64,000 nt of DNA from Anaerolineae bacterium (GTDB taxonomy: Bacteria; Chloroflexota; Anaerolineae; UBA1429), in assembly GCA_963675785.1 (NCBI GenBank), contig OY776562.1, forward strand, positions 2,912,001-2,976,000. The letters are read 5' to 3'. Position numbers and translations under genes: made by a program. Under the pieces are notes generated by a model. That model had not been told where the DNA came from, searched no databases, and worked only from the letters and a program-made list of their open reading frames with translations. How positions within the stretch are numbered: position 1 is the stretch's first letter; each line of letters begins with the position of its first letter. Shown here piece by piece: positions 58,425 to 64,000 of the stretch.

Positions 58425-58793
58425 TCAAACGACTGCTTTTTCGCGTGATGCCAAGGCAGCTGCGATGAAAAACAGACCTGGCGCGGCAACCAAAAGGAAC
58501 CAGGGGCCTTTTGCTATAGTGCCACTGCTGATGAGCTCGACAATATAAAAGATGATCAGCGAACCAAGGGCAATGATGCCACCGCGCATTTCCTGCCAGA
58601 ATCCCAGTAGAACCCCGGCCAGTACGCCGACGGGGAAAAAGGCGAAAGCCAAGAGTTCTTCGGATTGGAATTGGTAGGGATCGGTTTCAAGGAAAATATT
58701 GCCGATGAACATAACTAGGATAAAGGCGATGCTGAGGATACCCCAAATGCGGGCAATCCAGCGCAAGACGGTTGCAAGCGAGTTCTTCTTCAT
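58425..58793 (-). CDS. Small four-TM membrane protein
   Basis: Four hydrophobic segments; RBS GGAGG. Confidence 0.75.
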   Translation of the reverse strand: MKKNSLATVLRWIARIWGILSIAFILVMFIGNIFLETDPYQFQSEELLAFAFFPVGVLAGVLLGFWQEMRGGIIALGSLIIFYIVELISSGTIAKGPWFLLVAAPGLFFIAAALASREKAVV

Positions 58794-58888
58794 GGATCCT
58801 CCTTTTGCTCTTTATGTTACAACCCCCTGGCAAGTCTAAGGATTCACCAGAGGGTTATTTCGTTTATAGCAGCTCAACCGCAAATATG

Positions 58889-59839
58889 CTAGTCTTGCAG
58901 GATTGTGATAGAGCCAGTTCCAGTACGCAGAATGAGCTTTCCTACAGGTTCATCGCCTACCGCACCAGAAAGAGAGTCATTGGGCCCCATACTTGTGTCG
59001 GTCTCGCCATCGACATTGAATTCACAGTCAATATCGCCAATGCCGGTTTCTGCATCAATCTCAAAGCTCAGTGAGCGGTCCAATTCGACCTCAATGTCAC
59101 CGACACCCGTCTCCACACTCGCATCATTGGTCATGGTCCAGCTGTTTACGACCACGTCGCCAACGCCGGAATAAGCCTGCAGTTCACCCTTCAAGCTGTC
59201 GATCTTGATGTCGCCGACACTGGTGTTGACGATGATCTTGCCTTCAATGTCCGAGATACTTGTTGAGCCCACATCTGTGGTGATTTTGATATCTGAATTT
59301 GCTGGCACTGTGATTTCAAGGTTGATGCTTCCCGAATTGCTCGCAAGCCATTCTGAGGGAACTTGGCCTGTAATGTACAGCGTGTCGTTATCTTCTTCGA
59401 CAGAGACCTCGATTTGTTCAAGCCACTCATTGGCATTGGTGCCTGTGGCCTTGATAGTGGCGCTTACATAGACTTCATCGTTATTCCCGACGCGTATAGT
59501 GGTGTCTCCCACTTCATTGGTGATGACGATATTGGCCGAACCATCGACATCGAAACTCTGTTCCAGAGTGTCAATAGCCGTGTAATTACCACTTGTGCTT
59601 TCGGTTCTCAGTGTCTCAAAAGTGCCGCTTCCAATCACACTTCTGGAGATACTTGTGATAATCAGGGTTCCTACGCAGCACACGATGAGGCATAGTGCGA
59701 CAACGGCAAGAATGATCACAACGGTTTGATTGGTCTTTCTTTTAGCCTCATCAGGTGATGCCGCATCACCAAGGCTGGCCGGCTTTTCAATTTGATCGGG
59801 TTCGAGCACTTTTCGCTCGTTTTCTGGATTGTCAGACAT
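58889..59839 (-). CDS. DUF4097 (adhesin-like beta-repeat) membrane-anchored protein
   Basis: TM segment with Cys cluster, EITVP and repeated T.VGD(I/V) units. Confidence 0.8.
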   Translation of the reverse strand: MSDNPENERKVLEPDQIEKPASLGDAASPDEAKRKTNQTVVIILAVVALCLIVCCVGTLIITSISRSVIGSGTFETLRTESTSGNYTAIDTLEQSFDVDGSANIVITNEVGDTTIRVGNNDEVYVSATIKATGTNANEWLEQIEVSVEEDNDTLYITGQVPSEWLASNSGSINLEITVPANSDIKITTDVGSTSISDIEGKIIVNTSVGDIKIDSLKGELQAYSGVGDVVVNSWTMTNDASVETGVGDIEVELDRSLSFEIDAETGIGDIDCEFNVDGETDTSMGPNDSLSGAVGDEPVGKLILRTGTGSITILQD

Positions 59840-60010
59840 TTCCCCCCCCCTTTGTCTTTTGGCAAACAAAAAGCGCAAACCTAAACCGCTTTCTGCTAAC
59901 AATACGCACTTTTCAGCACATGGTTTCATAACCGAAAGGCAGACAAATTCCATACTGTTGGAGTCAATCTATAGTGTGGATATACTGTAAGAACTAGTAG
60001 GGAGTAAGAA

Positions 60011-61072
60011 ATGGATGATACACTCGACAGAGCTACTCGAGCTCTTGCAGCACTACAACTAGACGAAGCAGCTAGCCTTTATCAGTCGTTGATTGATCAG
60101 GACGATGAAAATTACGAGGCCTGGATAGGCTTTGCCAAAACACTCACCAAACAACGCAAAACGGATGAGGCATTTGCCGCTGCGAACAAGTGCATAGCGC
60201 TCGATCCCGAACGATGGGATGGATATGCCTCGCTGGGCACGCTCTCTTTTCTGATAGACGAAAACGACCAGGCTATCGAAGAGCTGAAAAGGGCTGTCAG
60301 CCTGAATGCCTCAGAGCCAGAACCTCTCTTGACCCTCTCGCAAGTATATGCTGAGAAGGAAGAGTTTGAGCTAGCTGAAGATTCTCTTCGCGAAGGGCAG
60401 TCGCTCGTTGACCAGATGGAAGAGGGCACAGAAAAGCGAGCCATGCAGGCCTTTGCCCTACACGTCAAGACCTATCTTTTGCTCTCTAGGGGCGAAAACG
60501 ATGCCGCTTTTGAGACGGCTCAAGAGATCATTGCCTACAAGGATGCTAATCCTCACGCTGCTTGTCTGGCTTATTCGACATTGGGCATTCTCTCTTGGCG
60601 CGATAAAGATATGGACGCTGCCCAAGAGTATCTCGAACAGGCTCACGAGCTAAATCCCTACTTTAGCCGTTCGGCTGCAACTCTGGGACAATTGTACTAT
60701 ATGCGACAACAGTACGATAGGGCCGTAGAGGTTCTTGGAGATGCCGTGGCGCTCAACCCGCGGACAGATGGGGCAATTCACTATGCTTACGGCTCGGCGC
60801 TCGCCAAGGCCCGACGCCGGCAGGAAGCCCACGTGCAGTTCAAGGTGGCTATAGAGCAAGGCCTTAAAGGCTTGCCCAAATGGGTGGCTCGCTGGCAGCT
60901 CATCTGGTTGGGCACGGTAGGCAGAACGGTCATCATCATGTTGGGGCTTGCCTTGGTTGCCGCATGGCTTATCTGGGGTCAGCCAGACATGTCTACACTG
61001 ACTCTGTTTGGGGCTTTTGCCGTATTCTTGTTGCTCAGGCGTCTTTTTGGCAAAAAACGAACCAAACAATAG
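60011..61072 (+). CDS. Tetratricopeptide repeat protein with two C-terminal TM helices
   Basis: Several TPR consensus repeats (A..L.P, LG......). Confidence 0.85.
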   Translation: MDDTLDRATRALAALQLDEAASLYQSLIDQDDENYEAWIGFAKTLTKQRKTDEAFAAANKCIALDPERWDGYASLGTLSFLIDENDQAIEELKRAVSLNASEPEPLLTLSQVYAEKEEFELAEDSLREGQSLVDQMEEGTEKRAMQAFALHVKTYLLLSRGENDAAFETAQEIIAYKDANPHAACLAYSTLGILSWRDKDMDAAQEYLEQAHELNPYFSRSAATLGQLYYMRQQYDRAVEVLGDAVALNPRTDGAIHYAYGSALAKARRRQEAHVQFKVAIEQGLKGLPKWVARWQLIWLGTVGRTVIIMLGLALVAAWLIWGQPDMSTLTLFGAFAVFLLLRRLFGKKRTKQ

Positions 61073-61101
61073 TTGTCACTGTTCGGCCATCATGCTATAC
61101 T
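61073..61101 (+). promoter_or_regulatory. Promoter of the alaX-ileS leader
   Basis: TTGTCA-N17-TATACT with extended TG. Confidence 0.6.
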
Positions 61102-61109
61102 GCTCGCGT

Positions 61110-61385
61110 AAAGGCTTTGACGGAGACCGAAAGCAGCCAGAGCGTTCAGAGAGTTCACCATCTCGCTGCAAGGTGAACACGCGAAATCTGCTGGATATCA
61201 CTCTTGAGCCTGCATCCCAAAGGCTTTTGGCCCAGTAGGCTTGCACGGTTTCATCCACCGTTATCCGGATGCACGCATCGGATCAGTTCCTGTGGGTGTA
61301 AAGTGGGCCATTTTGGGCCAACAAGGGTGGTACCGCGGAAGCATCTTCGGCTTTCGTCCCTCGAGGACGAAGGCCGTTTCTTTTT
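61110..61385 (+). promoter_or_regulatory. T-box riboswitch (Ile specifier AUC) with terminator
   Basis: AGAGA and GCTGCAA in stem I, specifier GGAT-ATC-A at 61197-61199, T-box AACAAGGGTGGTACCGCG and terminator CGGCTTTCGTCC...GGACGAAGGCCG-TTTCTTTTT. Confidence 0.9.
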
Positions 61386-61399
61386 AGGAGAATCTGTAC

Positions 61400-62134
61400 A
61401 TGACAGAACGCCTTTACCAACTCGATAGCTACCTGAAAGCATTTGATGCCGTGGTAATGGCTGTCGACAAAGAGCAGGCTGCCATCGAACTCGACCGTAC
61501 GGCCTTTTATCCCGGTGGAGGCGGCCAACCTTATGACAGAGGTACGCTTAGCTGGGATGGAGGAAGCAATTCAGTTGTCAAGATGAGCGGCCACGGCCAG
61601 GTGTTGCATTTTTTGGAAGGCGCCCTGCCGTCGATTGGTACGCTGGTTCATGGCGAGATTGATTGGCCGTTGCGTTTTGACCACATGCGCACGCATACGG
61701 CCATGCATATCCTTTGTGGTGTGGTTTGGCGAGATTATGGCGCCCAGGTGACGGGTGGCAACATGACGCCACGCCAGGGGCGGATGGATTTCGAGTTCGA
61801 GAACCTCAGCAAAGAGCTGGTAGCTGAGATCGAGGAAAAGGTTAACATCGAGGTTCAAGCAGATCGTCCGATTCGCGTGGCTATACATTCTCGAAAAGAG
61901 GCTTTTGCCATCCCCGACCTAATACGCACCAAGATCAATCTTTTGCCAGAAGGCATTGAGCAGATACGAACGGTGGAAATTGTGGGACTGGATTTGCAGG
62001 CTGATGGCGGAACGCATGTTTCTAATACAGCGCAGGTGGGCCCTATCACCATTGTAGGATACAAGAGCAAGGGACGTATCAACAAGCGTATCGAAGTCGC
62101 CCTTGATGAGGTTCAGTTGGAGGGACAAAAGTAG
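61400..62134 (+). CDS. alaX: Free-standing alanyl-tRNA editing protein (AlaX-M)
   Basis: RTAFYPGGGGQP.D.G, HTAMH and DLQADGGTHV. Confidence 0.9.
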   Translation: MTERLYQLDSYLKAFDAVVMAVDKEQAAIELDRTAFYPGGGGQPYDRGTLSWDGGSNSVVKMSGHGQVLHFLEGALPSIGTLVHGEIDWPLRFDHMRTHTAMHILCGVVWRDYGAQVTGGNMTPRQGRMDFEFENLSKELVAEIEEKVNIEVQADRPIRVAIHSRKEAFAIPDLIRTKINLLPEGIEQIRTVEIVGLDLQADGGTHVSNTAQVGPITIVGYKSKGRINKRIEVALDEVQLEGQK

Positions 62135-62136
62135 CG

Positions 62137-64000
62137 ATGGCCTTTAAAGAGGTACCTTCTCAGGTAGATTTTGTCGCCCAGGAACATAGAGTCCTGGATA
62201 TGTGGGCGCACGAGTGCTCTCATGAGCATCTTTGCGAGTTGCGCCATGGCAGCGAGCCCTGGTCTTTTATCGATGGTCCCATTACTGCCAATAATCCCAT
62301 GGGGGTGCACCACGGTTGGGGACGTACGTATAAGGACCTCTATCAACGTTATTGGGCCATGCGCGGTCGTGATGAGCGCTACCAGAACGGTTTTGATTGC
62401 CAAGGCCTTTGGGTCGAGGTCGAGGTGGAAAAAGAGCTGGGTTTTAAATCCAAAAAGGATATTTTGGATTACGGCCTGGCTAACTTTGTGCGCAAATGCA
62501 AGCAGCGCGTGCTGCGCTATGCCGCTGTACAGACCGAACAGTCTGTGCGGCTGGGCTATTGGATGGATTGGAACGACCCCGACACCTTGCGCCTGCTGGC
62601 CGACAAGCTGGACGAAGACCCCCAAGAAGTGATCACCGTCGAGGGGCCCAATGGCCCGGTAACTGATACGGTAGAGCGCATCGTCGGGCGCTTGGGTATG
62701 CCCGAACTGGGCGGCAGCTATTTCACGTTCTCTACTGAGAACAACTATATGATCTGGACCTTTTTGAAAAAATGTTGGGAAAAGGGCTGGCTCTATCGCG
62801 GTGCCGACGTGATGCCCTGGTGCCCTCGCTGTGCCACCGGCATTAGCCAGCACGAGATCGTCACCGATGGCTATGCCGAACTCACCCATCCCAGCATCAC
62901 ACTCCGTTTTCCGCTGCGTGAGAGGCCTGGTGAATCGCTGCTGGTGTGGACGACCACGCCTTGGACGCTCTCTTCCAACATCGCTGCGGCTGTGGGCCCT
63001 AATTTGATCTATATCAAGGTCAAGAACGGCGACGATATCCTCTACCTCTCCAAAGCCTGCACACACATGCTGCGTGGCGAATACGAGATACTGGCCGAGC
63101 TCAAGGGCTCGGAGATGGTTGGATGGACATACGATGGTCCCTTTGACGAGCTGCCTGCGGCCAACCAGCCCGGTGGTCTGACCGAGGTTGCCGAGTTAGC
63201 CCATACCACCGAGTTGACGGCTGTCCAGGCTCACCGCGTCATTCCCTGGGATGAGGTGGGTGAGGACGAGGGCACCGGCATTGTACACAGTGCGCCGGGC
63301 TGTGGCGCCGAGGACTTTCAACTTGGTAAGGAGAACAATCTGCCGCTCATCGCCCCGCTGAACGAAGAGGGCTATTTCGTCGAGGGGTTTGATTGGTTGA
63401 CGGGCATGAACGTGCACGAGGTGCGCGACGCCATCTTTGAGAACCTTGAGGAAAAGGGTGTTCTCTATCGTGTCAAGGATTACACCCACCGTTACCCGGT
63501 GTGTTGGCGCTGCAAGACCGAACTAGTCTTTCGGTTGGTGGACGAGTGGTTCATCAGCATGGATGAACTGCGCAACGACATGATCGAGGTGACCAAGCAG
63601 ATTCGCTGGATTCCCTCCTTTGGCCTGGACCGCGAGCTGGACTGGCTGCGGAACATGCACGATTGGATGATCAGCAAAAAGCGATTTTGGGGGCTGGCAT
63701 TGCCCTTTTGGGAATGTCCTGAATGTGATCATTATGAGGTTGTTGGCAGCGGCGAAGAGCTGCAAGAACGTGCCGTCGAGGGTTGGGAGATTTTTGAGGG
63801 GCACACGCCTCACCGACCATACGTCGACGAGGTCAAGCTCCGCTGCCCCAAGTGCGGTGCAGTGATGAATCGCGTCATTGATGTGGGTAACCCCTGGCTG
63901 GATGCTGGCATCGTTAGTTTTAGCACTTTGAGCTATCGCGCTGACAAAGAATACTGGGACAAGTGGTTCCCCGCTAACTGGATCAGCGAATCCTTCCCGG
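62137..64000 (+). CDS. ileS: Isoleucine--tRNA ligase, type 2 (truncated by window end; absent from the ORF track)
   Basis: My translation from ATG 62137 gives FIDGPITANNPMGVHH, GFDCQGLWVE, VWTTTPWTL, GTGIVH.APG, YPVCWRC and DWMISKKRFWGLALP. Confidence 0.95.
   Translation, partial: MAFKEVPSQVDFVAQEHRVLDMWAHECSHEHLCELRHGSEPWSFIDGPITANNPMGVHHGWGRTYKDLYQRYWAMRGRDERYQNGFDCQGLWVEVEVEKELGFKSKKDILDYGLANFVRKCKQRVLRYAAVQTEQSVRLGYWMDWNDPDTLRLLADKLDEDPQEVITVEGPNGPVTDTVERIVGRLGMPELGGSYFTFSTENNYMIWTFLKKCWEKGWLYRGADVMPWCPRCATGISQHEIVTDGYAELTHPSITLRFPLRERPGESLLVWTTTPWTLSSNIAAAVGPNLIYIKVKNGDDILYLSKACTHMLRGEYEILAELKGSEMVGWTYDGPFDELPAANQPGGLTEVAELAHTTELTAVQAHRVIPWDEVGEDEGTGIVHSAPGCGAEDFQLGKENNLPLIAPLNEEGYFVEGFDWLTGMNVHEVRDAIFENLEEKGVLYRVKDYTHRYPVCWRCKTELVFRLVDEWFISMDELRNDMIEVTKQIRWIPSFGLDRELDWLRNMHDWMISKKRFWGLALPFWECPECDHYEVVGSGEELQERAVEGWEIFEGHTPHRPYVDEVKLRCPKCGAVMNRVIDVGNPWLDAGIVSFSTLSYRADKEYWDKWFPANWISESFP

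Noticed and set aside
57973-58548. ORFs of 191 aa (+) and 118 aa (-) upstream of serS
   Set aside because: They overlap the Ser T-box leader, which already explains this sequence.

Overview
This window is a gene-dense stretch of core bacterial chromosome, probably near the origin since it opens with dnaN-recF facing rsmG. The gene content suggests a Chloroflexota (Anaerolineae-like) organism; this is an inference from the T-box riboswitches, the secG/solute-binding protein/tRNA-Leu block, the large GT-C glycosyltransferases and the PT-rich surface protein. It encodes DNA repair and segregation genes (recF, ftsK, family-4 UDG, a frameshifted mutY, radA, ruvB, an AlkZ-like protein, comEC) and translation or RNA genes (rnj, mtaB, leuS, cysS, serS, ileS, alaX, rpsA, rlmB, queA, queH, three tRNAs, two T-boxes). 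It also has clpC, several metabolic enzymes and a ~10 kb cluster of membrane glycosyltransferases. I saw no CRISPR array, prophage or intact transposon. The most interesting observations are: (1) QueH has an N-terminal module resembling the PLMP domain of IscB/OMEGA nucleases; (2) a candidate terminator/antiterminator RNA switch lies between rpsA and clpC; (3) an Ile T-box controls alaX plus an IleRS with a non-canonical GVHH signature; (4) three GT-C enzymes surround a PT-rich anchored protein, a candidate protein-glycosylation system; (5) there is an SPT-like enzyme; (6) two small ORFs missing from the ORF track have their own promoter and RBS. All product calls come from recognising motifs by eye; no database search was run.
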